Below, in pieces: positions 22,913 through 37,195 of a DNA stretch of 64,000 nucleotides. The translations under genes were made by a program, and so were the position numbers. Position 1 is the stretch's first letter. Each line of letters begins with the position of its first letter. The stretch comes from Octopus sinensis (taxonomy: Eukaryota). A model generated the notes under the pieces. The model saw only the letters and a program-made list of their open reading frames with translations, made no database searches and was not told where the DNA came from. Location of the stretch: assembly GCF_006345805.1 (NCBI RefSeq), contig NC_042998.1, forward strand, positions 161,448,001 to 161,512,000, in the 5' to 3' direction.

Positions 22913-24422
22913 AATACCTTATACATAAGTTATTTAATGAAACCCTGTACAGTTAAGTAAACTGATCTGGTAGTGAAAACATCTCACAAAATGTCAGACA
23001 GAAGACTTAGATAGATATACTAGATTAATAATTAGGGAAAGGTAAACCAAATACTCTACAAGATAAATTCTGGATATGTGAGTATTTGTGTGTGTAATCA
23101 AAGAAGGAATTTCTAATGGTATGCAAGATGCTACAAGGATTAAATATTTGATGACCTTTTAAAATTTCATATATGGATGAGCATCAAATAATTTCATATT
23201 TCTAGAATAATATAAATATATGCTTTAATACTTCCTTGGTGAACACAGGTCATGAATACAGATGTTTACATTATGAGCAATAAAATATTACTAAATATGA
23301 TTTTAATGCTGTTTTACTAATTACATGGTTAATTTTAAGATGAGCTCAATGCTACAAGGCCGTAATTTTAGTTTAGATTTATCAAAATATATCTTCTAGA
23401 TATTTACTCAAAGATTTGGAGCTAAATTACAATTGGTTTATGACTAAGCTAAAATCAAAGGGCATTTAGCAAACATCAGTGCTAACATCCTGAATGCTTC
23501 CAAAAATAGCCTATCTAAAAGACATGCTCAAAAGTCTTTATTTATGCTATTTGCTGACTTTTATTTGTTTACATTTTTCTTTTTTCTTTCTTTTTTTTCT
23601 TCTACAGATTAACCAGCAATGGTCTTATTCCATCATTTCAGTGCAGCAAATAAAAATATTTCCACCAATAATTATTTGAATATTTCTCCTTACTATGGTC
23701 AAGTAGTTGAACAATGTATTTAGATATTTTTTATATTCTTTTTGTATCAGTTGTGACATTTAGATGAGGGCAATAATTAAAGAAGAACTAATCAAAATTT
23801 AGTCTTTACTGAAGATTCTCAAGTGCTTTTATGCCATGAATATTGGTCCGATGACTTAAAAAAAAATAAGAAAAATATTACGGAAGGAAGAAAAATAAAA
23901 TACAGCACTTCAAGATTTTTTTTTCTCTTTTCCTATTCTTTAGATGATGTCAAGAGTTACAGCTGTTTACTTCCGACTTCAGGAACAAATAATTGTTTTG
24001 TAATTTTTTTTTATTATTTATTCATAAACGAAATTTTTTTTCTTTTCAAATTGTTTTATTTTCTCAGTTGTTATAGGATAATTGCTGTCATAAATTCTTT
24101 GCTGTTTAATAATTCAATGATAAACACTAACATGTTGAGGAAGCGAATCTGTTTCAGATAATCTTGATCTTTGATACAAAAGTCAAATCTGAGAGGCAGT
24201 CATGAATTGGTTATATTCTCTATTTACTGCAGCAGTGAAGGAGAAAGTGGCAAGACAAGGCTGAATAACCCTGAAAAGAAAAAAATACACAAAAAAAACA
24301 TGAAAAAAACCCCCGTTTGGTATTGATTTCCTAAACAAAATCATGGAACCTGGTTATATTTTGGGGATCTACTCTGTTTATTTAACCACTTTCTAACTAT
24401 TACACAAACACTTAGAATAAAC

Positions 24423-24453
<31 letters not shown>

Positions 24454-25624
24454 TTAACATCCACTTTTCCCATGCTTGCATGGATCAGGCAGAATTTGTC
24501 AAGGTACATTTTTCTATGTCAGACACCCTTCCTGTCCCTAACCCTAACCTGTTTCCAAGCAAGGAAATATGTCCCCATAGCTAGACATGATTTTCGCTTA
24601 AAGTTGGTTTCATACAACCTCATTTGTATGATAATGATACTCATTTACAACCATACTGGAATATCTAGACAAGGGTACACACATGCCCCTAAAATACATA
24701 CATACATACACACATGTACACACATACATACATATGTATATGTATATGTGTCTGTATGTATGTATGTTTGTATGTATGTTTGTATGCATGCATGCATGCA
24801 TGTATGTATGTATGTATGTATGTATGTATGCATTTATGCATGTATGTATGTCATTATTTAGTTTTATTTCAGGATTTCTTGCTAATATAGAAAGAGCCAG
24901 ATTCTAACGTAGAGCCAAGGCTCTTTCATTGGAACTTCAACACCAACAACAGGGTATGTATGTATGTATGTATGCATGTATGTATATATAACAAGCTTCT
25001 TTCAGTTTCTGTCTGCTAGATCCATATTCATCCTCAGACACACACACGATGGGCTTCTTTCAGTTTCTGCCTACTAAATCCACTCACAAGGCTTTGGTCG
25101 ACCCAAGATAACTTACCTGTAATCCTATCCAGGAGTGATGGACATTGATGTCTCACCATTTTATTCAGTTTATCAACATTGCATACTCAGACAGGATCTA
25201 GATTATTCATATCACCAGTCCACAACTTATATGCAGATAGCATGCAGACTATGTGTTGGTATGCTCAGACACTGTTTATGTAAGAATAGATTCAAAAATG
25301 AAATAGAAGCAATGCTAGAGTCATAAACATTATCAACCACCACATATGCTCAATGTACTTGCTTTGTATAATTGCTGCAAGGCTGTGATATGGTGTGGTG
25401 GAGAATACTTTCTCAAAGCACTGGGTGTTAAAAGTTGTGCACATAAGTTGTGGACTGGTGAAGTGATTCATCTCTTATCCTGTTCGGGTACATGATGCTG
25501 ATAAGCCTTTAAAATGGTGAAACATCGATGTCTATCACTTCTGGATGGGATTAGAGGGGAGTTGTCTCGCCTGTTCATGAATTCAACTTGTTTAATACCA
25601 GGCACTTTACAGAATGCACTTGGG

Positions 25625-26265
25625 ACATTTGGAAGCTTGCTGTGCAAAATAGTTTTGTGTTAAACTGGGCTAAAACACTACAAAAACTTATGAAATGTTT
25701 CAGATTGCTTATGGATTAACTATTTTACTGGTACAAGTGGTTCGAGAATGGTAGAGAAGCAGAGAAAGATGATAAGGGGTTGAGCGGGAGAGGGACGTCA
25801 GAACATTAGCGCTGTTGAAAAAATTCACAAGAATCGAGTTTGTAGTTGGTGTGGCAACTGTACACAGAATTATTCATAAAGATCTTGACATGAGCAAAAT
25901 CTGTGTCAAGTTTGTCCCAGGTCTGCTTAGTGACAAGCATCCTGGTAATCAACTACTTGTCAGAAATGAGCATTAAAAGTCTCCCTCACCCTCCCTTGAA
26001 TCTACACCTAGATCCCTGTGACTCTTTGTTGTTGTCCTATGCTGAAAGAGAACTCCAGGGGCAGTCATTGAAGACATTAGGAAGATGATGGAGGCTGTGA
26101 CATAGGATCCACACACCTTCTCTTTGGAGGGCTTTTACAAAGTGGCTGGAGCACTACAGCAAATGCTTTGAAGTCAGAGAATCCTATTTTGAAGGAGATT
26201 AGAGCTTTGTTCTTCTTTGAAATGTATAAAAGTATCTCTTGAAAAAAGACTCAAAACTTCTGTAA
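25625..26265 (+). mobile_element. Highly degenerate mariner transposase relic
   Basis: FCVKLG*NTTKTYEMFQIAYG, WYKWFENGRE, IIHKDLDMSKICVKFVP, LPHPP...DPCD. Confidence 0.7.
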
Positions 26266-26520
26266 TGTGTATGCACACGTGTGTGTGTGTATACATATAT
26301 ATGTATACATACATATATATATGTATATGTATATTATATATATATATATATAATGTATATATATATGTATTATGTATATTATATATATTGCATATGTATA
26401 TACATACATATATATACACACACACACACACTTATATTTATATATTACACCACCTGTCTTCAGCTTTTGTTTTTTTTTGTGAATTCTCCCTATATATATA
26501 TAATACATATATATGTATAC

Positions 26521-26569
<49 letters not shown>

Positions 26570-26653
26570 CTAATATCTGTATATATCATATATATAGATT
26601 TCTTTACATACGTATGTATGTGTGTATGTGTGTATTGTCTGTCTCTGTACATG

Positions 26654-26689
<36 letters not shown>

Positions 26690-27889
26690 TGTGTTTATGT
26701 GTGTCTGTGTGTGTCTGTGTTTGTCTGTGTGTATGTACCATTTCTTAAGAAATTCTTCACACTCGTGATGTCTCTTGTGTTCTGTGATATTTAGTCTGAA
26801 TTATTTCCCTGAAACTTTATTGTCATTCCTAATTTACACGTAAGGAACATGGGACTGAAACATTGTGTCCCTGACCTGTTTATAATGCTAGAATACAGTC
26901 AGATTAATTTCTGGCTTCTGACAATCATTTGAAATTATTATATGGTTATTGCTATTGGCAGATGTCTTCTGGGAGATTGCCATTTAATAAAAGAGTATGT
27001 AATGAAGGAAGTAGATACATGTTTATTGTTGTGATGTATGGAGATTGTCATTATGATGATGTTGCCAAATAAGGTATAATTTATAGAAAATAAAGTTTCA
27101 GTAAGAAAATATCTATGATTTAACTCTTCTGAGACTAAAGATTGTCGAATTCCTCTTAACTAAGAACAGTAAAGCAATTTTCTAAATTCCTTATTGTTAA
27201 TTTAGAAATAAATAATGTAGTGATCATGATAACAAAAATGTGTTACTTGGGGGTCACATAGCTCAGCTGTTTCAGGAGGCATTTTTCAGATAACTCAATT
27301 GAACTTAAGAAGATATGCGCTACTGATAATATTGGAGAGTGTTAAGCAACAAAGGAAGGTTATGTTTAAGGAATAGAGTACTAGTTATATTTGCATAATC
27401 AATGAAGCCTGTAGGATGTAAGGTTAGTGTAGAAATTAAACCTACCGAGTAAGGTTAAGTTAATGATTATATAATATGTGAGTATCAGCACAAGGAATGG
27501 TGAGTTTGATGAAGAAGCTGGAACAATGCTGAAGTGAAGCTTTTGTGTTTTGTACAAGAAGTGAGAGATGCTTCAATCAGATTCTTCACATTGAAGGAAA
27601 ATTATTGAGCCAGCAAGGACAGGTTCTATAGGGTGACTTGACCACCTAGAAATCACATATTACCATCTTCAAACAAAAAGCATACAAAAAAGCCGTATAA
27701 CTGTGGGCCTAGATAAACTAGCTATGAACTTATGATGGGAGGATTATGTCTGGAATGTCATTGATTCTAGGACTGTTCAATCAGGAATAATGGGAGTTTA
27801 AACAATTGCAACAAATATGGGAGCAAATTTTGTTGGGTGTATAGCTTCATATTACTGAGAACCATTCTTTACATTGCAGTCTAGATAAA

Positions 27890-28092
27890 GGCAGCAAACT
27901 AGCAGAGTCGTTAGCCTGGTGGAAAAAATGGTTAGTGACATTTTGTTTGTCTTTACATTCAAACTCTACCGAGGCCAACTTTACCTTTCATCTTTTTGAG
28001 GTCAATAAAATAAGTACCAGTTGAGTACTGGGGTTGATGTAATTGACTTACACTCTACCCCAAAATTGCTGGCCTTGTGCCAGAATGTGAAA
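27890..28092 (+). mobile_element. SINE family B
   Basis: Head, core CTTTCATCTTTTTGAGGTCAATAAAATAAGTACCAG, and tail. Confidence 0.8.
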
Positions 28093-28603
28093 GTAATATT
28101 GTAGTCTGGATATCTTCTACTTTCCCATTGTCTTCTCCGTTTCTGTGTCTGTAGACTCTGTTTGTAACTACAATAGAGGTACATAAGATGAACTTTGAAT
28201 TTAACACCTGTAACACCTTTAATCTTCTTACTGGTGCTCTGTGACCCAGCAGCATATTCAGAGCTAATGATGCTTAAGATACTGCAGCCTTTTTGCAAGT
28301 ATTCATTTATTATTATTTCTTTTTAATATGCTGAGTGGGAGAGAAACTGTTCATAGGATGCTGTTGTAGTAATGTTTTGTGTGCTGTATGAATTTCTGGA
28401 TGTTTGTACACTTTTACTCTTTTACTTGTTACAGTTATTTGACTTTGGCCATGCTGGAGCACCGTCTTTAGAGCACCGTCTTTAGTCGAGCAAATCAACT
28501 CCAGGACTTATTCTTTGTAAGCCTAGTACTTATTCTATTGGTCTCCTTTGCCGAACCGCTAGGTTACAGAGATGTAAACACACCAGCATCGGTTGTCAAG
28601 CAA

Positions 28604-28833
28604 GGCGGCGAGCTGGCAGAAACGTTAGCACGCCGGGTGAAATGCTTTACGGTATTTCGTCTGCGTTATGTTGTGAGTTCAAATTCCACCGAGGTCGACT
28701 TTGCCTTTCATCCTTTCGGGGTCGATAAATTAAGTACCAGTTACGCACTGGGGTCGATATAATCGACTTAATACCTATGTCTGTCCTTGTTTGTCCCCTC
28801 TGTGTTTAGCCCCTTGTGGGTAATAAAGAAATA
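28604..28833 (+). mobile_element. Young SINE family B with 13-bp TSD
   Basis: GGTTGTCAAGCAA at 28591-28603 and 28834-28846; CpGs retained. Confidence 0.92.
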
Positions 28834-28876
28834 GGTTGTCAAGCAATGTTGGGGAGGGGTACAAACACAGACACAC

Positions 28877-28953
<77 letters not shown>

Positions 28954-29165
28954 ATAAATATTAGGGAATAAATCCAAACTTACAGGGAAAAATCAGATTT
29001 AGGATTGAATCCAATTTTATAGTAAAATATTATATTATATTAAATTAGAGATAAAACCACTATTAGGCAAATCATACAATGAAAAACTTAAGCCAATACA
29101 TAAGATTATTTAATTTATATTATTTAAATATATAACAAAATTATTTAAAAAATATAATTAATATA

Positions 29166-29231
29166 ACACTACGATCATTTCATGGCTGTTAATTTCTTTA
29201 AATTTTCAAGTTACAGTCATTGATCAGATAT
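29166..29231 (-). ncRNA. Decayed hammerhead ribozyme, left arm
   Basis: ATAT-CTGATCA-ATGACTGT...ACAGCCAT-GAAAT-GATC-GTA-GTGT. Confidence 0.5.
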
Positions 29232-29410
29232 AGACTAATATTGATATTAGCTTATGGGTTTCCTACCTTATAAATTAAAATTAATATTTAACATTATAGT
29301 CGATTTGGATATAATCATACTTGATAATAGAGTTTATTATAAGTAAAATTATTATATTATATATATTATTTATATCTTAAAAATATTGATTATATTTTAG
29401 ATATTTAAAC

Positions 29411-29474
29411 CACCAGATGAAGGACTGTAACTCGAAAATTTAAAAATATTAACAGCCATGAAACGATCGTAGTG
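29411..29474 (+). ncRNA. Decayed hammerhead ribozyme, right arm
   Basis: CAC-CAGATGA-AGGACTGT...ACAGCCAT-GAAAC-GATC-GTA-GTG; the consensus of the two arms restores CTGATGA/GAAAC. Confidence 0.6.
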
Positions 29475-29837
29475 TTATATTAATTATATTTTTTTAATAA
29501 TTTTGTTATATATTTAAATAATATAAATTAAATAATCTTATGTATTGGCTTAAGTTTTTCATTGTATGATTTGCCTAATAGTGGTTTTATCTCTAATTTA
29601 ATATAATATATATATATATATACATATATACGACAGGCTTCTTTCAGTTTCTGTGAACCAAATCCACTCACAAGGCTTTGGTCAGCCCGAGACTATAGTA
29701 GAAGACACATGCTTGAGGTGCCACACAGTGGGACTGAACCCAGAACCATGTGGTTCATAAGCAAGTTACTTACCACACAGCCACTCAAGAGCTGTGAGGG
29801 TTGAAGTTTACTGTGATAACCATCTACACCCCTCATA

Positions 29838-30180
29838 TCATCATCATCATTATCATCTTCAACATTTAATGTTTATTTTCCATGCTGGTATGGGTTAGAT
29901 GGCTTGATAAAAACTGACAAGGCCAGGGGCTGCACCAGCTACCATGTTCTGTTTTGACTTGGTTTCTATGGCTGGATGCCCTTCCTAACATCAACCACCA
30001 TACAGAATGTACTGGATGCTTTTTATGTGGCTCTGGTACCACTGCTTTTTATGAGGCACTTTTGTTTTAGGATCCCAGTTTTGTTGCAGAGAGCAGATCT
30101 TCTTGAATCCAGCAATGCACTACATATCTCAGTCCTCTGTTATCTCCTTCATAAGGTTCAGCATCATAAAATTTTATGGA
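29838..30180 (-). mobile_element. Degenerate RTE 3' end
   Basis: GGCTGGATGCCCTTCCTAAC motif and (CAT)n tail. Confidence 0.7.
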
Positions 30181-30879
30181 AATGACAAATGCATTCTGAG
30201 AACTGTCATGAATAAGTGTAATGTATATAAGGCTAAAGTTCTTAGTGATTTCAGTGACAAATGTGGTATATAGGAAGACTTCATGTGCCCTCCTCTCCTC
30301 TCTCCACTTCCTAACTATTCTTCAAAGTACTTGAGGTAAAAATGTCTGAGATGCTAATGATATTTTTCATTGCCAAATCTGTTTAAAATTTGGAAAATTA
30401 GTCAAAAGACCAAATGCCTTGAGTAAATACTTTAAGTTGTTAGCTCCAATTAGTAAAAGAAAAAAGGTAAAATATTTGTGTTATATAGAAAGTTGTCTGA
30501 CTTCAATATACAGAAAGACAGTGGCTAGAAACTCAACTCAGTGTATTCAGTATACTATACTATAGTTTTTCTGGCAAATCAAAAGGAACCAGGACTTAAA
30601 ATGTATAGACATATAGAAATAACAAATGATAAAGGCTCTCCAGTGCTGTCTTAAGGTATGAGCCTTCTGGAAAGTTACCTAGAGGCCTCATGGATCTAGT
30701 GGCCTAATTCTGATCTATGTATACTTTGCTTTGCTATCAATAGATAAATGCTATAGGGCCCAAGACATTGCCTTACCCAGAGACCTATAATGCAGCTAAG
30801 ATGGCACTGGGGCTCCTGTAAAATGCAATCAGTAGATTGGCCAGAATGTTCAATTTCGGTTGACAGTTCTTTTACAGAT

Positions 30880-31277
30880 TTACTTGATCAGTCATTTAAC
30901 TTCAGCCATGCTGGAGCACTATCTTAACTTGTTTAAGTCAAATAAACTGACCCCAGGACTTATTCTTTGTTGGCCTAGTACTTATTCTATCAGTCTCTTT
31001 TGTCAAACTGCTAACTTACAGGGACATAAACATACTAGCATTGGTTGTCAAATGGTGACAGGGGGGACAAACACAGACACAAAGATACATGCAAATATAT
31101 ACATTTATATGTATGACAGACTTCTTTCAGTTTCCGTCAACCAAATCAACTCACAAGGCTTTGGTTGACTGAAGCTATAGTAGAAGACACTTACTCAAGG
31201 TCCCGCACAGTGGGACTGAACCTAGAACCATGTGGATGGGAAGCAAGCTTCTTACCACACAGCCATGCCTGCACCTA
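30880..31277 (-). mobile_element. SINE family A
   Basis: Full-length match to 4213-4635. Confidence 0.88.
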
Positions 31278-31871
31278 TCCATAAGTGAGTTAAATATTTC
31301 TGGAAGTGTTTGTGGTGAAAGTTAAGTATTAATGTTATTAGTTTCTGGTATAACCCAGGACAGATCCTATATGGTAATTTGACTTCTTAGAAGTAGCTGC
31401 TAATCACATACTACCATCTTCAACAAAAAACAAAAAAAGGAATAACAAGCTGTATAATTATGGACCAAGATACACAAGATGTGAAATCATGATGGGTGGA
31501 TTATGTCTGGAATATCATTGATTCTAGGACTGTTCAATTAGGAATGATATGAGTTTAAACAATAACAACAGATATGGATGCAAGCTAAATATTTCATAAA
31601 GTATTTGTGGTGAATGGTTAGTATTTAGGAAAACATAGAAGTTTAGGGTGTTCAGAGGATTTTTCATTCAGTATAAAGGGCAGATTATATGAGACATATC
31701 TGAGAGAAGCAATGCTGCATGATAGGGAAACAAGGGCATGGGACTTAAAAGATTTTCCAAAACTGGTGTACAATTAACTGTCTAGGATTTTTTAAGGAAC
31801 TCTGTTAAACTGCATGAAAGTTGGTGTATAAGTGCATTTAAGAGTAGTAAAGTAAAAAAAAAGAAGAAGGG

Positions 31872-32182
31872 GAAAGAGCTCCTTCTGTCATGAATGGCAA
31901 TGGGATTGCACCTTGGAAGTACTACTCTGAAGTACAAGTCTGAGCAAGGTTTTTATGGAAGACCAGCATTTGCCCGTGCATACAAGCCTCCCCTCTCCAT
32001 GCCACTGATGTTATCCAAGAGAAAAGCAAGGGCTTGGCACCAGTGACATCGTAACTCATTTCTGAATAAACTGGGGCAGCATGAAATAAAGTTTTTTGCT
32101 CATGAACACAACACACAGCCCAGTCCAGGAACCAAACTCACTACCCCATGATTTTGAGTCCAGTGCTCTAACCACTGAGCCA
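31872..32182 (-). mobile_element. tRNA-derived SINE (family C head, different tail)
   Basis: TGGCTCAGTGGTTAGAGCAC...GTTTGGTTCC head; TGTGTTGTGTTCATGAGCAAAA. Confidence 0.65.
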
Positions 32183-32898
32183 AAGCAATAAATGCATGTC
32201 TTTGTCTAGTAGAGAGATCGTTGTTTTGTTATAGGAATGTGATGAGAAAAGATGGTGAGCATCTGGTGAAAAGTGATGTGGATGGAGACAGAGAAAAGTA
32301 AAAGAAGTCAGAGGCATAGAATTTCAGCTTGCAAGTTCATCACCAGTGGAAAGTGGATTTACTGGGTTGAAGGATGACAGAGTGTATATAGTTCATGGTA
32401 TACTTCTCTACACTGGAGACCACGTGGAGATCCCAACCTAAAATTACAATGTGATTCCAAAAATAAGAACCTGAAACCAATTTATTTGTGAGGCAAATAA
32501 ATTAACTACTTGAAATTTCTAACAGAATAAATAAAAGTAGTGATGACACTTTGCAAAGGTAAAGATATTTATGGGTTGAGAATTATCTGGAAAATACCAG
32601 AAAGTTTCCAAATATTTTAGTACTTAAAAATCTCAGCTAAAAGTTTACTTTCAATTGAAATCATATATCATATATTGATTATTTGAAATTTTATTCGTCC
32701 TTCTCAGTAGAAATTTAGTAAGTGTATGATGTGTATAATATACTTAACTTATCAAGTACACACACACATACACATATTTTATAAATAAATAGATAGATAT
32801 AGATACATATATATATATGTGCACATATATATATAGCTAGCTAGCTAGATAGATACAGATACATATATATATGTGTGTGTGTGTGTGTGTGTATACAT

Positions 32899-32962
<64 letters not shown>

Positions 32963-33917
32963 ATGAGAGACATAGATTTAGCTATGCAGAGAGAGAAAGA
33001 GAGGGAAAAGAGAAACTGAAAGTAAAAATACATACCTAGGGAAAACATCAGCGACTACACCATCATCCTTACAAAAACTAAAAAAAAAAAATCAAAACAA
33101 TTAAAATTGGTAAATATCAACAAATAAATTTATTGATTATATCAGGCTAATTAACACCTGGTACGTCAATCAGATATGCAAAAATGACTAAATTTATTCT
33201 CTATTTTACCGAAATACAGCCAATTGCTTAGCAGATGTAAAGAATCACATAGCTCCACTCTGTTGAAAGTTGTAAATCCTTCTTTACAGCTACGTCTCTT
33301 TGCTCACTTCAAACAAACAGAAATAAATGACTTGCTTAAGTGGTGTTTATCTAAATATGATCTACATGACACTTAGAGAGCACAAAATATCTTATACAAA
33401 GGACCTTATTTATCAATTTATCGATCTCATTATTGATATACATTCACAGCGCATTCAGTTATTCTTTTCCTCTTTTTCTTTTTGCCATAATTAACATCTT
33501 TCTTTGTAATTGATTTCATCAGATACTTTTACAAATGGCTAATCAGATTCTGTTTTTTTTCTTTCTCATTTCACACATACAAACATATATACAAAAACAC
33601 TTGTTCACTTGCACCTACACATGCACACCTGCACACACACACACACATATACATAGAATTTTCTAAGTGGATGTATTGATATTCACATGCATATATCTAT
33701 ATATATATATATATATAAATGTATAGTATATATATACATATATATATATATAAGAACATATCAAGTCATATGACAAATTATTGAAATGTGTGTGAGTGTG
33801 TGTGTGTCCATACATGTGTGAGCATATGCACACATATACAGAGAAAATGCAATATAGAAAGAAATAGGAAAGGGAAAAGGATAGAGAAGCATGCACACAC
33901 ACACACATACACATATA

Positions 33918-33977
<60 letters not shown>

Positions 33978-34359
33978 GTGTGTGTATGTGTGTGTATATA
34001 TATATATATGTGTGTGTATATACATATATATATATGTATGTATATACATATATGCATATGTTTATATATGTGTGTGAGTGCATATATATATTTATATTGG
34101 AATAAAGAGGTTAAGTTGATTCTAAGTGACCTATAGAAAGCTGTAGACACTCGCTGTACATAAAGAATTTGATTTCTCTAAAACTAGATTCGGTTTTACT
34201 TAATATATTTACCTCATTATCTTCTAAGTGTGGCATATCTCTGTGTCTGTGTGTCCCCCTCTCCATCTGTATTTGCCAAAGATTGATTATTCTGGCAAAC
34301 ATGTGTGAAGTAGATAATGTATAATTCATCTGGTTTTTGTTTTTATTTTTGGCCCTTTT

Positions 34360-35300
34360 TATTGTTGTTGTTGTTGTTATTGTCGTTATCATTGTCATCA
34401 TTATAATTCCTACCACCACCACCACCACCACCACCATTACCAATATTATCATGGTCACTACTATCGTTCTTGACATTGTCATCATCATTGTCATTGTCAT
34501 TGCAACTGTCATGACTGTTGTCAACAGCAGAAGCAGTATTATCATCATCATCATCGTTGTCATCATCATTATCATCATCATCACCACCACCACCACCACC
34601 ACCATCATTATCACCATCATCATCATCATCATCGTCATCATCATCGTCGTCATCATCATCATCATTATCATCATCATCATCATCATCATCCCTACTATTA
34701 TCATCATTATCTCCACCACCATCATCATCATCATTATTATCATCATCATTATCATCGTCATCACCTCCATCACCACAACCACCATTATCATCATTGCCAT
34801 TGCTATCATCAGCATCATCGTCATTATCCTCTTCCTCTTCCTCCTCATTTTAATCATCATTCTCAGTCTTGTCATCATCGTTGTTGCCATTACAGTCATC
34901 ATAATTATTGTCATCACCTTCATTTCAGCATCATCATCACTGTCATCATCATCATCATCATCCACATCATTCTAAGCAAAATCCTCAATCATAGTCTGTC
35001 ACTCACCATAATAATAACAATCATCATCATCATCATTTTCATCACTATCACCACCACCCCCTCCATTACCACCACCATAACCACTGCCACCACCACCACC
35101 ACACCACCACCACCACCACCACCACCACCACCACCATCACCATCATCATCATCATCATCACCACCACCATCATCATCGTCATCATCATCATCATCATCAC
35201 CACCAGCACCACCATCACCACCTCCATTACCATCACCTCCTCCTCCTCCTCCTCCCATTCATCATCATCATTATCCTCGCCATCCTCACCACTATGACCA
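34360..35300. repeat. Long degenerate (CAT)n/(CAC)n trinucleotide tract
   Basis: About 940 bp of CAT/CAC/CGT triplets; produces the poly-M/I/S/D ORFs. Confidence 0.95.
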
Positions 35301-35572
35301 CTATCGCTATATCTTTTTTTTTTGCATCATTCTTATCCAGCATTCCAATCTATCCACCACCTCACTATCAGTTCTTTATTCATTTAACTATTTCCCATTT
35401 AATAGCTAATACTAAAAGGCGTTTTATTTAATACTTTTGGGCAATAGTTATTAGGTTTGATGAAAAGTGTTTCATTAGTGGTTACCAAATTTTCCTCTCA
35501 TAAATACACACACACAGACACACACACATACAGATATATGCATATATATGTGTGTATGTACATTAGTGTATT

Positions 35573-35619
<47 letters not shown>

Positions 35620-36238
35620 CGTGTATATATATATATGTGTGTGTGTGTAAATAAATATATATATATATGTGTGTATATATATATGCAGATATTATTATGG
35701 TGATAGGTATATGTATATATATATGTATATATGTATATGTATATATGTATGTATGCACATATATGCATGTTTAGGTTATTAGGTTTTCATATATATATAT
35801 AGATGAGAGAGTGAGAGATAGAAAGAAAGAGGCACACACATATATGTATATTTAGACTGATTGATTTATATTTGTATATACATATAGACACATATAGTGT
35901 GAGTGTATATATATATATGTATATATATATATATACACACACACACAAATATATATGCATGCATATGCACACATGTATGTACATACCCACATGCACACAT
36001 GCACGCACACTCACACATATATAGATAAATGCTCATACATATATTCATACATACATGCACACACATACACACACATATACACGTCACGCTTTTATTTTCA
36101 TGTACAACACATAGATTCAGTGACTGAAGAGAGAGATGACTAATATGTTTGACACCTACCTACGAGATTTTTACAATAGCATACCAACTTTGTGACACTG
36201 CATGTACATGAGTCATATACATATATACATATACATAT

Positions 36239-36277
<39 letters not shown>

Positions 36278-36345
36278 GAACACATATATATATATATACA
36301 TACATATATATATATACATACATATATATATATTTATTTCTATTA

Positions 36346-36378
<33 letters not shown>

Positions 36379-37195
36379 CATACACACACACACACATATA
36401 TATTTATATTTATATATATGTTTGCATGTAAGTATGTATGTAATTCATGCAGATTTCATTAATGACAAATTACTGGAAATCAAGGAAGTTCGGTTTAATC
36501 ATAACTGTGATGCAAAATCAAATTTGCATAGTATTTCTACCTTGGCCTCACCATGCTTTCCACAAGTAATAATTTGATTCAAGTATTTTGTTCTTGCTGA
36601 AGAAAGCTTATGAGTAACTTTGCACTTAGTAGGAAGAGGCTAATGTATGGATGTCCTTACAAACAGTTTGAAAAATTAAAATCAAACTTAAGAGACATAG
36701 TGAAAGAGTCTTTGTTAACAGTGTGTCTGGAAAAGAATTTAATTATGAACTACGTCCTTACCTGTCACTATGCTGCCAGTAAAAATATTTGTTAATCATG
36801 CACATACCTTCATAAGTTTTTCAAAGTGAAAGTCTTTTTTTAAAGTTTGTATTGTGTTGACTATATATTGAAAGACATACAGAAACACACACACATACAC
36901 AAGCACCTGTGCACACAGGCACATATACACACATACACAAATGGCTATATATATTACATATGTACATTGTCTTTTATAACTTGTGTTGTGTTGACAGACT
37001 TGCACAAATTTCTATGTTTTTAATCAAAACTTGCTAGTTACTAAGGTGACAATACTATCTAATTATCTTTTATATACTTACATACACACACACATGCACA
37101 CACACAGATGGAAATCAGCTTCTCTTTTATAATACAAGATTATAATTTTGGGTTAAAAAGCCTTTCAATGATGATCATAATGGTAGTAGTAATGG

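Larger units (their letters stand above)
28952..29610. mobile_element. AT-rich inverted-repeat element (~197-bp arms) with a hammerhead motif in each arm
   Basis: 29031-29227 is the reverse complement of 29414-29610 with few mismatches; sits in the (TA)n spacer of a SINE. Confidence 0.8.
28411..29787 (-). mobile_element. SINE family A split by two nested insertions
   Basis: 3' part at 28411-28603 and 28847-28900; 5' part at 29630-29787. Confidence 0.85.

Noticed and set aside
26785-26880. GACT-GAAAC-ATTGT-GTC motif
   Set aside because: No CUGANGA or stem I found.
27640-31580. Similar ~180-bp segments at 27640-27820 and 31370-31580
   Set aside because: Members of an old dispersed repeat also seen near 6465-6630, 56750-56990 and 58400-58625; no distinctive structure.
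34111-35258. Long poly-Met/Ile/Ser/Asp/Gly ORFs (up to 284 aa)
   Set aside because: Degenerate trinucleotide repeat, open in several frames on both strands; no splice or domain evidence.
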